DNA from: a virus
Taxonomy: Duplodnaviria; Caudoviricetes
Virus record (IMG/VR): IMGVR_UViG_3300010206_000040
Location: 1 to 29,569 of that record
Reading direction: 5' to 3' (one strand)
Length of the DNA: 29,569 nucleotides
Positions within the stretch are counted from its first letter, which is position 1. Each line of letters starts with the position of its first letter. The notes under the pieces are model-generated. The model was given only the letters and a program-made list of their open reading frames with translations. It was not told the origin of the DNA and ran no database searches. The translations under genes were made by a program, and so were the position numbers. Shown here in pieces: positions 1 to 8,895 of the stretch.

Positions 1-2976
1 ATCACCACTGTCGAAGGGAAGGGTCTTGCCCTGCCAACCAAGCTTGCGGGCTTCTTCCACGGTCTTTTCGCTCATTGCATCGAGCACCTTATGATTGGCT
101 GAATAAACAGCCTGATCACCGAAGCGGAAATTTTTGTCGCCAGTTATTTCACCGTAATATTTCTCGAAGTCTTTCCTCAATCCATGTTTGCGAGCCAAGG
201 CCTGCTCGTAGAATCCCTTCAATCCAACAGAGTCCTTCGCGAAACGCCCCTCCGCATAGGGCTTAAGCATTTCCAGGTACTGCTCGTCAGAAATCTTCTC
301 GACTGCCTGGATGGTCTGGAAAGCCACCTGCGGGTTGGGCTTGATCTTGCCTTCTTTTGCTGCGCGGAACACCTTGTTGTAGTAGGGCTCTTCTTCGCCA
401 TGGACACTATTTGGATGGTAGTCGATGTCGAGCTTGTCTTTGCCCAGGTGCTTGAATGCCTGGCCCTTGTCGATGCCATACACCTTGCCATCCTTGGCCC
501 GGATGAATTGCTTGGAATGGCCGTCGTGGTTTGCGATCAACCAGTCGATCACATGTTCCTTCTGGATCTGCTCCAGTTCGAGCGTAGTCAGGTCCTGCGG
601 CTGGGTGCTCCTGAAATCGAAACTGTCCTTGAGGTCCGTGCGCCACTTCTGGATGGAGCCGGTTCGGCCATTGAGCAGAATGCTGCGGACTTCTATGGCA
701 TCTGGATTCACAATGCGGCCGATCTTGTAAGCAGCCTCTTCGCCATGGGCAATAAAGTCGTCGTCCTTCTTTGTTGATGGTTTGAATAGCCACTTATGGC
801 CGTTTTCATCGGTCCAGAATTCCTTTTCGTGGGCTCCACCGACCACCGCTTTGCCTTCCAGCTTGAAGGAGCCCTTCTTGACCTTTTCGTGCCATAGGGA
901 ATCAGCGTCATCCTTCGGTTTGATGGTCTTGGACGTTTCCTGAACGGCTGGCTTCACAGGCTCGGGTTTGGGTGCAGGCGTTGGTTCTGCCTTGGGAGCC
1001 GGTTCCGCTTTAGCATCCTTCTTGCCGGATCCATGCTTGGCCGCCCATTCTGTGTGCTTCTGTTCGATAGACTTCTTCGCCGCCTCGATCTTTGCCGGAT
1101 CGGTCTCACTAAATAGCGTGGCAAGCTCCTCCTTGTTTGCCCATTGCCAGTATTGGACCTTGGTGTCCTTCGCGATGGTTTTCAGATCGCTGGATTTCAT
1201 CGCCGCAACCTGGTCTGCAAACAACTGTTTCTTCAGGGCAATCTCCTTGGAATGCCCGGCCAGAAGGTCCTGGGGCAATGCGCCAGAATTGCCAATGGCG
1301 GCTTCCGCATTCTTCAAGGATTCCAGGAATCCTTTGTAGTCCTTCGGGCTTGCAGGAACCGCTAGTCCCTGGACACTGGCTTCAAGATCCGACTTCTGTT
1401 TCTGCACAATCTTCTGTTGGGCTTCATCGGTAGCCTTTTTCTTGGCGCTCTCGGCCAAGTCGGAGCCAGCCTTCTTTTGCAGTGCTTCGATCAGCTGCTC
1501 CTTGTTCTTGAGGATGCTGATCCCATGCTTGTTCTTCAGGTCTGCGAGTTCCTTGCCCTGGAGCATGGAATGGTCTATCCCAGGTTCCAGCTTGTCGAGA
1601 ATCTGGATGGCGTCTTCCTTGGTCACATTCAGGGAGATTCCGTTCTCCTTTGCCATGTCCTTCAGCTGTTGCACAGACAGGCCGGACAGGCCGCCAGCGT
1701 TGGGGATGTTTGCCTGCTGCTGGGCCAGGAGCTTCGCCTGTTTGAACTGCTGCTGCTTCTGGGCTAGCAGGGCTGCGAGGTCTTCCTTGGTGCGCAAGAG
1801 GCCGATCTTGTAGGCTTTCAGTTTTTCCTGGAGAGCATTGCCTGCTAGATCGCCATGGTCCACGCCAGGTTCGGCGGCATCCAGCAGTTTGATGAAGTCG
1901 GCCTTGGTTCTCGCGATGGCGATTCCGTTGCCCTTGGCCAGGGTCTGGAGTTGTTTCACCGTCAATGCACCCAAGTCCTCCGCATTGCCGTTTTCGAAGG
2001 CTTGCTGAAGCTTTGCGCTCTCTGCCGCCTGAGCATCTGCCATTCCTTCCAACACATGGGGTGGCAGGATGCAGGTGTCTCCTTGGGGTTCCGTGGGTGC
2101 GGCCTTGGATTGCATCGGCCCTCCGCAGATGGTCATGGGCCATGCGACCAGATTTGTACAGCGACAATGTGGATGCGCAGGCTGCTGCGGGAATTTGTCG
2201 ATCGGATACACTTTGCCGTCATTGCCGCCGCATACCGGACACATCCGCTCATCGTCCATGGCCATCCATTCCAGGCGCTGCACGCCGACCCGCTGATGGA
2301 ACTTCATGCGCCCCATGTTGTGTGCCCGGAGGATTTCCGTACGGGCGATCATCTCCATGCGATACTGTGCTTTGCTGAATACCTTCGTGCCTGCCTGCCG
2401 GAACGAGTCCTTGTCCAGCACGACAGTTCCCAGGTCACGAACAATATCGTCGGCTCCCTTGCCAGTGGCGATGCCGCTCAGGATGGTCCTTTTGATGCCA
2501 TCCGACAATTCCCGATGGACATCACCAGCCAAGGTCAGATTGTACTGTGTCATGAAGTCCAGCGCATCTGTATCGACAATGGTGAACACCTTCGTCGAAA
2601 GCTTGTCGATTCCCTCTGGCTTAAGGTCTTGGTAGAAGGGCATCGCAGCCTGGGCTAATTCTCCGATACCATTGCCGATACCCAAACGGAATGCCTCCCG
2701 AGTCCCTTTACGGAAGGCTAGTGTCTGTCGCTGCTTCAGGTCGCGCATGACCTCGGCAATTTCCGTTTGAAGCTTTTCTAGGCCTGTCAGTGCGGCCACC
2801 TTGTTGTCGGGCAGACTCCCGAGACTCTTGTACTTGAGGATGGCTTTCGAGATTTGCTCCTGGACATCCTTCAGATTGGCGGCTAGACCAGCAGCGAGTT
2901 CTGCATCGTAGCGGTCCCGCTTTGCCAGGCTTGAAACCGTCGCCTGGCGAATCTTCTCTGCTAGCGGGGATGCCAT
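1..2976 (-). CDS. MuF (SPP1 gp7-like) head morphogenesis protein with long C-terminal extension: HeH/SAP-like repeats, Pro-rich linker, HipA/PI3K-like kinase domain; 3' end truncated by window
   Basis: My translation: ATG at 2976 overlaps the portal stop (TGATG) and the frame is open for 992 codons to position 1. Starts MASPLAEKIRQ. MuF motifs MIARTE, DDERMCPVCGG, PAHPHCRC. Kinase-like motifs GGAHEK, WLFKP, EEAAY, DWLIANHDGHSKQF, GIDKG. Absent from the ORF track because no stop lies in the window. Confidence 0.88.
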   Translation of the reverse strand, partial: MASPLAEKIRQATVSSLAKRDRYDAELAAGLAANLKDVQEQISKAILKYKSLGSLPDNKVAALTGLEKLQTEIAEVMRDLKQRQTLAFRKGTREAFRLGIGNGIGELAQAAMPFYQDLKPEGIDKLSTKVFTIVDTDALDFMTQYNLTLAGDVHRELSDGIKRTILSGIATGKGADDIVRDLGTVVLDKDSFRQAGTKVFSKAQYRMEMIARTEILRAHNMGRMKFHQRVGVQRLEWMAMDDERMCPVCGGNDGKVYPIDKFPQQPAHPHCRCTNLVAWPMTICGGPMQSKAAPTEPQGDTCILPPHVLEGMADAQAAESAKLQQAFENGNAEDLGALTVKQLQTLAKGNGIAIARTKADFIKLLDAAEPGVDHGDLAGNALQEKLKAYKIGLLRTKEDLAALLAQKQQQFKQAKLLAQQQANIPNAGGLSGLSVQQLKDMAKENGISLNVTKEDAIQILDKLEPGIDHSMLQGKELADLKNKHGISILKNKEQLIEALQKKAGSDLAESAKKKATDEAQQKIVQKQKSDLEASVQGLAVPASPKDYKGFLESLKNAEAAIGNSGALPQDLLAGHSKEIALKKQLFADQVAAMKSSDLKTIAKDTKVQYWQWANKEELATLFSETDPAKIEAAKKSIEQKHTEWAAKHGSGKKDAKAEPAPKAEPTPAPKPEPVKPAVQETSKTIKPKDDADSLWHEKVKKGSFKLEGKAVVGGAHEKEFWTDENGHKWLFKPSTKKDDDFIAHGEEAAYKIGRIVNPDAIEVRSILLNGRTGSIQKWRTDLKDSFDFRSTQPQDLTTLELEQIQKEHVIDWLIANHDGHSKQFIRAKDGKVYGIDKGQAFKHLGKDKLDIDYHPNSVHGEEEPYYNKVFRAAKEGKIKPNPQVAFQTIQAVEKISDEQYLEMLKPYAEGRFAKDSVGLKGFYEQALARKHGLRKDFEKYYGEITGDKNFRFGDQAVYSANHKVLDAMSEKTVEEARKLGWQGKTLPFDSGD

Positions 2977-4475
2977 CAGGCGCTCCGGTCCATGAAGAAC
3001 CGGCAGGCCGGGGCATCGAAAGCCCGCTCGGCATTATGGACCCGGCAGCGGCTACTGCTGGCATCATAATGGGAACATTCGTCGCAAATGTGTGCTTCTG
3101 CGCGACTCTGCATCTCACCATGATGCACTGTGCTCGCCTCTGTTTTGGCCGGACCATCCTCCTGGGCCAGCCCAAGCATTGTGCGAGCCTTATCCACTCC
3201 CAAGATTCCCGCGAGCACCATATCCACCACCGGTTTGATCTGCTTCTCGTCCGTGATGTCGATGTGCTGGCGCTCGGTATCCCGGTTCGCGCTTTCCACT
3301 TCTGGATCCAGTTCCATCTTGAGCTGCAGACTTGACCGACTGATGAGCTTACGGTCGTAAAGTTCCAGCAACAGTTTTTTGAAGTCCACCGCATCGCTGG
3401 GGTCGAGGTCGTTGAAGATGTAGTGGACGACCTTGCCTTCGAAACCGTTCAGACGCATCCATTCATCGAATACCCAGTCGAGAATAATGCGGGCTGCCTG
3501 CTTGATCTCGCGGATCATGACCATCATCTTCTGCATGCTCACCGAGGCGGTCGCGAAGTTAGGCCCATCGCCGGATACCAGGGACCGAGACAATCCCAAG
3601 GCCACGACTATGTCTTCCTTAACTTCCTTTACTTTGGCTTCGACATTAAGCACCTGGCCATCGGTTCCATGGGTCTCCACGGTCACATAGAAGGGAACAA
3701 CCAGCCCGCTTTTCATGTCCATCTTGTTCACCATGTCGCGGACCTGTTCGAGCATGCGCTGATCCGGCATCACCATCTTCTGCCCGAATGCGCCGCCCAC
3801 CTTCAGGAGCCGGAATGGCGTCGCCCAGCGCTTGGCTATGGCTTGCTCGGCTTTGCGGTAGTCCCGCAGAAGTTCGATGGCTTGGAATGCCGGGAGCACC
3901 ATGGAATTACCTCTGGGCGCAAAGGAGGGGGAATCCCACTTCAGGTGCAAGACGTTCTCCACTGGAAGCGTGATGCCATCACCGGCCAAGGTGCCTTGCT
4001 CGCCAAACTGGGTCGCTTCGATGAGGTTGCCCTCTGCGTACTTGACCTTCACGGAGAGCGGATTCACGCATACCAATTCGGCGATATCGTTCGCCTTCGC
4101 ATTGTAGCGCCGGTAACCAATGGCGTCGCCCTTGACCAGGAGCTGGAGAACCATGTCCTTGATGAACTGGGAGATCTTGAGCGAATACACACAATCCATG
4201 GCGGCTTGTTTCAGTTTTGCATCGTCGCTCGTGACCTTGATCTCGTCTCCAACCGCGAATGTGCGCCAGGAGTTGATACAGTTCTTGACCAGGGGTTCTT
4301 CGATGTAGTATTCCCAGGCCTTACGGCCCCGGTCTTCCCAGAGGGCCGGAATGGCATCGGTCGCGCTGACCTTGCTGAATACCGAACTGTCCAGGGCTGC
4401 CGCCGTGGCCATCGGTATTTCAACGCTTCCATCGGACTGAAGATCAGAATTCTTGCGATTGCTTTTCCGTTTCAA
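2976..4475 (-). CDS. Phage portal protein
   Basis: 499 aa between terminase and MuF; portal-like features (EEPLVKNCI, LLVKGDAI, VLHLKWD, RGNSMV, NFATA). Start is TTG at 4475; an ATG start 21 codons downstream (MATAAALD) is possible. Confidence 0.8.
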   Translation of the reverse strand: MKRKSNRKNSDLQSDGSVEIPMATAAALDSSVFSKVSATDAIPALWEDRGRKAWEYYIEEPLVKNCINSWRTFAVGDEIKVTSDDAKLKQAAMDCVYSLKISQFIKDMVLQLLVKGDAIGYRRYNAKANDIAELVCVNPLSVKVKYAEGNLIEATQFGEQGTLAGDGITLPVENVLHLKWDSPSFAPRGNSMVLPAFQAIELLRDYRKAEQAIAKRWATPFRLLKVGGAFGQKMVMPDQRMLEQVRDMVNKMDMKSGLVVPFYVTVETHGTDGQVLNVEAKVKEVKEDIVVALGLSRSLVSGDGPNFATASVSMQKMMVMIREIKQAARIILDWVFDEWMRLNGFEGKVVHYIFNDLDPSDAVDFKKLLLELYDRKLISRSSLQLKMELDPEVESANRDTERQHIDITDEKQIKPVVDMVLAGILGVDKARTMLGLAQEDGPAKTEASTVHHGEMQSRAEAHICDECSHYDASSSRCRVHNAERAFDAPACRFFMDRSA

Positions 4476-4546
4476 TTCTTACCCGCATGTGGCCCGGTAC
4501 ATGCGCTTGGCCACCATGGTCCAGGCTGCCGGGTCTGTCCCTTTCT

Positions 4547-4571
4547 TACCGGAACGAGGCGGGCTTTGACG
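4547..4571 (-). promoter_or_regulatory. Bipartite motif CGTCAA-N12-TCCGGTA, putative promoter for the element sigma factor, upstream of portal
   Basis: Minus strand CGTCAA agcccgcctcgt TCCGGTA ag; same spacing as copies at 9933, 11028 and 21348. Confidence 0.65.
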
Positions 4572-4576
4572 GGCTG

Positions 4577-7333
4577 TCACACGAAGATCGGATTGGTCAG
4601 AACCGGAGTCAGCAGAACCGTCTCCTCCTTGGCTTCGCCCTGGTTCGCAAGTTCCCGGACAAGAGCTGCGCACCGGACCGCGTCGATGATGTGGTCGTTG
4701 CCCTTGGAATAGATGACCTTGCCATCCCGCAGCGTGTAAGTGTGCGTCGTGAACTCGTCCTCGATATCCAGATCATCCGAGGGAAAAATGATCTGTTTGC
4801 GCTGGAGCATACCGTTGATGAGGCTGGTCATCAGCTCTTTGGTCCGCTTCTTGATTTCCTTGTCATCCCGGTTGGTCAGGCAGGTCATGCCTCCGAAGTC
4901 TACGCCCTGGATTCGACCTTCCAGTTGCAGATCCTTGTACTTGTCGAGTGTAAGCAGTTCCTGAACCACGGCGATTCCATTACCGCCATTGTCGACGGCA
5001 ATACCAACCGGTGTGAAGTAGCGGTCGAGCAGTGCGATGGTCTGTGCAATATGCGGATAGGATACATGTTCCATATGTACACGCAGGATGAGCGTTACCA
5101 CGGGACGGTCGCCCACGGTGGTCTCGTGGAAAACCACCAGCTCCGTTGGATCGTTCGTATAGCCCAGGTCGCCACCAATCCAGAACATGCCTGTCCTGGG
5201 TGTCAGGTTCAGCAACAACTCCAGGCGGTCTGCCGCAGAATCTTCGGTCTCGCAATCCTTCAATTCACGGCCGGTGATAGTCACCTTCTGGTACTCGAAC
5301 ACATCCTGTCGGCACAGATTGAATTGCTCGATGTTGAACGCTCCATAGCTCGGCTTGCCATGCTCACCGGCGACTTCGTGCTGCCACCCTGAAGTATCCC
5401 GGCCTCCATAGAATTCCAGCAGCTCATCTTCGCGCTGCTGTGTCCAGTTCGGATTCAACCAGGACGGCCAGCGGAACACGCGGAACTGTTCGGACATGGT
5501 AAGTCTGTAGTAGGTCGAATTGCGCATGCCGTTCGGGGTGGAATAGATCTTCAGGCGGCCTGCCGTCTTCAAGCATTGACGCAGCGCCTTCCAAGCCCGC
5601 TCGCTCAGCCAGGCCCCTTCGTCGACCCAGATGCGGTCCACATGCAAGGATCGGAAGGCATCGCCATAAGCACCGGCAGGCCGGAAATAGAGAATCGAGC
5701 CGTTCGTGAATTCAATGCGGAAGTATGGCTTGCGATGGATCTTAGGCTTGCCGTAATTGGTGACGGCGATGGAACGCATAAGATCGGGGTTCTGGTCCAG
5801 CTGGAATTCGATCTCTTCCACCAAGGTGTCCAGGTGTCCCTGGTGGGGTGCGGCGATCAGCCCTTGGCCGCCCCTGGTGGTGAATGCGAAATGCAATGCG
5901 TCTGTGGAAAGTACGATGCTATTGTGGACAATGATGTCGTTGGCAACGAAGTTGTGATAGAGCGGAACGGACAAATCGTAGGTTTCCATCTCGCCGATAT
6001 ACTCGATCTGCAAAACCTGATCCCAATAGATGTCAGAGGCTGCCAAGTGAAACAGGGATTCCTCTTCGGTGTTCACTGCGTAATCCATCACTGTATCACG
6101 CATTGGCGAATAGGTGCCTAGCCTGAGCCTCCGGGTCGTGGAACCAGTGATTGCTTGCGTAGACAGCCCAGACTTTTTCAGTCGGGCGACAATCGGAGCG
6201 ACAAGACCAAAAGGAATACGGTCATGGGCATTTCTTGGGTTGAGCGGTTTTTGTTGAGTGAACTCCTCAAGGCAGGCCCCCTTGATTCCTGTCATTCCAA
6301 TGCAGCGTATGAAGCGTTCAATGTGTGGCCAGGAGCGCACTTCCACACTCCAATAGGGCTTATCATTCACCAGCCTTTCCCGCAGTGTCGACTGAATTCC
6401 GAAGCGCAGCAACAGATGCCCAACAGCCTCTGCCAATTTATATGAAGCCGAACAATAACCTATTTCCGAAGAACCAGTCCCACCATAAGAGGACCAGCCA
6501 TCGCAGGCGTACAGACGGGAAAGGAATAGTGCCTGTTGCCGCCTTGAACAGGAAAGAATAATCGAGGGTATTTCCTTGCTTGCGCTTGTATTGCCCATGA
6601 CACCAAGTCGCCTTAGCCAAGTGACGCAGGAATTCTTGCGCCCTCTTTTTCGAGTCGATACCCTGTACCCAATTTCACCAGATGGGACAACGAACAAGTC
6701 AGGGAATACTGCGGCTATGGCTCCTTTGAACTCATCCACCAGGACGGTGTCTTTCTTGGTGAATACTGCGGCTCCATAACCAACTCCACCATCGGCAATG
6801 AATAGCGCGAGGAGCCTCAACTCATCGTCGGTGATATCCGGGTTTTCCGGCACCATTGTTGGACACTGTGATGGCACAGCAATCCATCCACCCAAATTCA
6901 ATTCTTCGAGCGGCACCCAACCGTGGTCGGTCAGGAATGGATGGTTGAAGGTTGCCACGATCGAGCGCCCGAGAACTGTGGTCAAACGCCAGCAAGGCTT
7001 TCTGCCATTGGTCAGAATTTGATAATCGGAGATTTGATGAAACTTTTGGTCTGGGCCAAGCACTGCAATCGAGCGCCCCTCTTTCAATTGATCTAGGCGA
7101 ATTCGCTCTCCAGTTGCATAATCGGTAACGAGGGTAGCACCAGCCAGGCACTTGCCGACGTCTCGGCCGTCCAGATGAATGATGTTGCGGTCCTGGCTGA
7201 GCAGGTCGTCCTTCTGATGGTCCCAGTATCCACGAGGCTTGCCGTCCCGGTTGAACAGGTAGGATTGCCCCCACAAGACGGGATTGCGCAGGGTTTCGGC
7301 CAGTTTCTTTTCACGTTCGGTCAGGTCGGCCAT
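4577..7333 (-). CDS. terL: Terminase large subunit containing an intein (918 aa precursor, about 508 aa spliced)
   Basis: Walker A GRDVGK|S split by intein; Walker B IWVDE; coupling motif YSTP; RNase H-like nuclease acidic motifs GGDLG and DHIIDA; directly upstream of portal. Confidence 0.9.
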   Translation of the reverse strand: MADLTEREKKLAETLRNPVLWGQSYLFNRDGKPRGYWDHQKDDLLSQDRNIIHLDGRDVGKCLAGATLVTDYATGERIRLDQLKEGRSIAVLGPDQKFHQISDYQILTNGRKPCWRLTTVLGRSIVATFNHPFLTDHGWVPLEELNLGGWIAVPSQCPTMVPENPDITDDELRLLALFIADGGVGYGAAVFTKKDTVLVDEFKGAIAAVFPDLFVVPSGEIGYRVSTRKRGRKNSCVTWLRRLGVMGNTSASKEIPSIILSCSRRQQALFLSRLYACDGWSSYGGTGSSEIGYCSASYKLAEAVGHLLLRFGIQSTLRERLVNDKPYWSVEVRSWPHIERFIRCIGMTGIKGACLEEFTQQKPLNPRNAHDRIPFGLVAPIVARLKKSGLSTQAITGSTTRRLRLGTYSPMRDTVMDYAVNTEEESLFHLAASDIYWDQVLQIEYIGEMETYDLSVPLYHNFVANDIIVHNSIVLSTDALHFAFTTRGGQGLIAAPHQGHLDTLVEEIEFQLDQNPDLMRSIAVTNYGKPKIHRKPYFRIEFTNGSILYFRPAGAYGDAFRSLHVDRIWVDEGAWLSERAWKALRQCLKTAGRLKIYSTPNGMRNSTYYRLTMSEQFRVFRWPSWLNPNWTQQREDELLEFYGGRDTSGWQHEVAGEHGKPSYGAFNIEQFNLCRQDVFEYQKVTITGRELKDCETEDSAADRLELLLNLTPRTGMFWIGGDLGYTNDPTELVVFHETTVGDRPVVTLILRVHMEHVSYPHIAQTIALLDRYFTPVGIAVDNGGNGIAVVQELLTLDKYKDLQLEGRIQGVDFGGMTCLTNRDDKEIKKRTKELMTSLINGMLQRKQIIFPSDDLDIEDEFTTHTYTLRDGKVIYSKGNDHIIDAVRCAALVRELANQGEAKEETVLLTPVLTNPIFV
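5921..7150 (-). mobile_element. Intein with LAGLIDADG homing endonuclease (410 aa) in TerL
   Basis: N-terminal CLAGAT (Cys codon 7148-7150), block B TFNHPF, LAGLIDADG-like LALFIADG and LYACDG, block F TYDLSV, C-terminal IIVHN followed by Ser+1. Confidence 0.95.
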
Positions 7334-7356
7334 AATTATCGCAGACTCCCCAGAAT

Positions 7357-7389
7357 TGACTTGATATGTGCGGAGGTAAGTGCGTTATT
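7357..7389 (+). promoter_or_regulatory. Motif TGACTTGA-N8-GAGGTA-N4-CGTTATT upstream of the tyrosine-recombinase cassette
   Basis: Ungapped 22/33 match to 24939-24971, which precedes the serine-recombinase operon; lies 37 bp before the ATG at 7427. Confidence 0.5.
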
Positions 7390-7426
7390 ACACATCACAC
7401 AAAAACACCTCCCCAAGGAGCCGCAC

Positions 7427-7615
7427 ATGCAGAAGAACCAGAAAGCCGCCGAAGCCTTGAACGAGAAGCAAGAGGACGTCTTGCGCATGCTCAAGGAAAT
7501 CACGGTAGCCGTCAAGAAGTACGGCAAAGGCGAGCAGGTCGATTGGGGCTTCGTTGGCTCCATGGCACATGTGCAGGAAGAGCTGAAGAACATCCACCAA
7601 TTCATCAACGCATAA
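7427..7615 (+). CDS. Small phage-type hypothetical protein (62 aa)
   Basis: AAGGAG RBS at 7415-7420; MQKNQKAAE...VDWGFVGSMAHV...; this is the 3' part of track ORF 7175..7615, the rest of which is antisense to terL. Confidence 0.75.
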   Translation: MQKNQKAAEALNEKQEDVLRMLKEITVAVKKYGKGEQVDWGFVGSMAHVQEELKNIHQFINA

Positions 7616-7634
7616 ACACACAAGGAGTAGAACC

Positions 7635-8012
7635 ATGCAGACCACGACAATCATCCAGGCAGCCGCCCAGTTCATCGAGCACCTCAAGGAGTTGGGCAAA
7701 AGCGAACGCACCCTTTATACCTACCGGAAGGACCTCGAAATCGTCGAGGCGTTCTTCCATGGCGACAAAGCCCTCGCAGACATGCGGGTGCTTCAGGTGG
7801 GCAAGTTCCTCAAGTCCGACGCCCTGATGAAGAAGCCCACCGGCGAGCCCCGAGCAGAGCGCACCGTCGAGAAGACCGTCCGGGTTTTCCGCATGATGCT
7901 AGTGTGGGCCTTGGACAAGGGAATCATCGAGGAGCTGCCGCTTCCCAAGAGCACCCCCATGGGTCACAGCCAGCCCAAGCAGGAAGCCGAGGATGTTGCC
8001 GAGCAGGCTTGA
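7635..8012 (+). CDS. Stand-alone integrase N-terminal SAM-like/core-binding domain protein (125 aa)
   Basis: AAGGAG RBS; FIEHLKELGKSERTLYTYRKDL and RTVEKTVRVFRMMLVWA resemble the core-binding domain of tyrosine recombinases; no catalytic domain. Confidence 0.75.
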   Translation: MQTTTIIQAAAQFIEHLKELGKSERTLYTYRKDLEIVEAFFHGDKALADMRVLQVGKFLKSDALMKKPTGEPRAERTVEKTVRVFRMMLVWALDKGIIEELPLPKSTPMGHSQPKQEAEDVAEQA

Positions 8013-8895
8013 GGAGGCGCTGGCTGGCTTTCTGGCCCATTTGCAGGCAGCCCAGAAGGCCCAGGGGACCGTTGCCGCCTATGGTAGGGATCTCCGTCAG
8101 GTGGCCGCTGTCTGGGCGAGCAAATGGCCCGAAGTCCCGCTTCACGAGATAACCACCGGGCAGCTTGAGGAATGCCTGCTGGATTGCAGGATTAGTGGAA
8201 CCTCGGATGCCCCCAAGGCTGAATCGACCCTCCATCGAATCAAGGCCGTGCTCCGGGCGTTCTTCACCTGGGCCAATGAATCAGGACAATGCCCCCACAA
8301 TCCGGCTCGGCCAATCCGAACCCACAGACTCTTACAGAGACCACCACAGTTCCTCACAGTAGCCGAGAAACGCACACTACTGAAGGAAGTGAGAGCTCGC
8401 AGTGATGCTCAGTCCTTGCGGGACCGGCTCATTGTCGAGCTGCTCCTGGGTACCGGAATTCGCATCGGCGAGCTAGCACGGCTGGATATCGAAGATGTGG
8501 ACCTGCTCTCCAAGCACCTGCGGATCCGGGCCAAGGGAAACGTCCATCAAGTCCGTTTCCTGAAAACCGATCTGCGTGTGCTTCTGAAGCGTTACATAGA
8601 TCATCGCCGCAGGCTTTCTTCCGATAAAATCCAAGCGCTGTTCCTTTCCAGCCGGGGGACCAGACTCTCCATTCGGCAGGTCGCGACCCGCATTGAATTC
8701 TGGCTAGGCAAGGCTGGCATCGAGAAGCACCTGACTCCCCATAGCCTCAGGCACACCTTTGCCACGCACCTTTACGCCGTCTCGAAGGATCTGCTGGTGG
8801 TCCAAAAGGCGCTCGGCCACCGGGATATTTCCACCACCCAGATTTACACCCACCTGGTGGATGATCAACTGGAATCGGCCATAGAAATGCTTTGA
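7993..8895 (+). CDS. XerC/D-like tyrosine recombinase (300 aa)
   Basis: Complete catalytic set: TGIRIGE (R), AKG (K), HSLRH, LGH, TTQIYTH (Y); N-terminal TVAAYGRDL core-binding domain. Confidence 0.95.
   Translation: MLPSRLEEALAGFLAHLQAAQKAQGTVAAYGRDLRQVAAVWASKWPEVPLHEITTGQLEECLLDCRISGTSDAPKAESTLHRIKAVLRAFFTWANESGQCPHNPARPIRTHRLLQRPPQFLTVAEKRTLLKEVRARSDAQSLRDRLIVELLLGTGIRIGELARLDIEDVDLLSKHLRIRAKGNVHQVRFLKTDLRVLLKRYIDHRRRLSSDKIQALFLSSRGTRLSIRQVATRIEFWLGKAGIEKHLTPHSLRHTFATHLYAVSKDLLVVQKALGHRDISTTQIYTHLVDDQLESAIEML

Noticed and set aside
125-139. 15-bp exact direct repeat CGGAAATTTTTGTCG shared with 9210-9224, suggesting a second recombination site
   Set aside because: One 15-mer match in 30 kb is near chance expectation; this copy is inside MuF coding sequence and lacks a full right arm.
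75-2658. Many track ORFs over 1-2976 (for example 184..777 +, 1855..2658 +, 1424..2167 -)
   Set aside because: Shadow frames of the single long minus-strand MuF ORF.
3423-5392. Long plus-strand ORFs 3423..4712 and 4487..5392
   Set aside because: Antisense to portal and terL with no recognisable motifs; typical of GC-rich codon bias.
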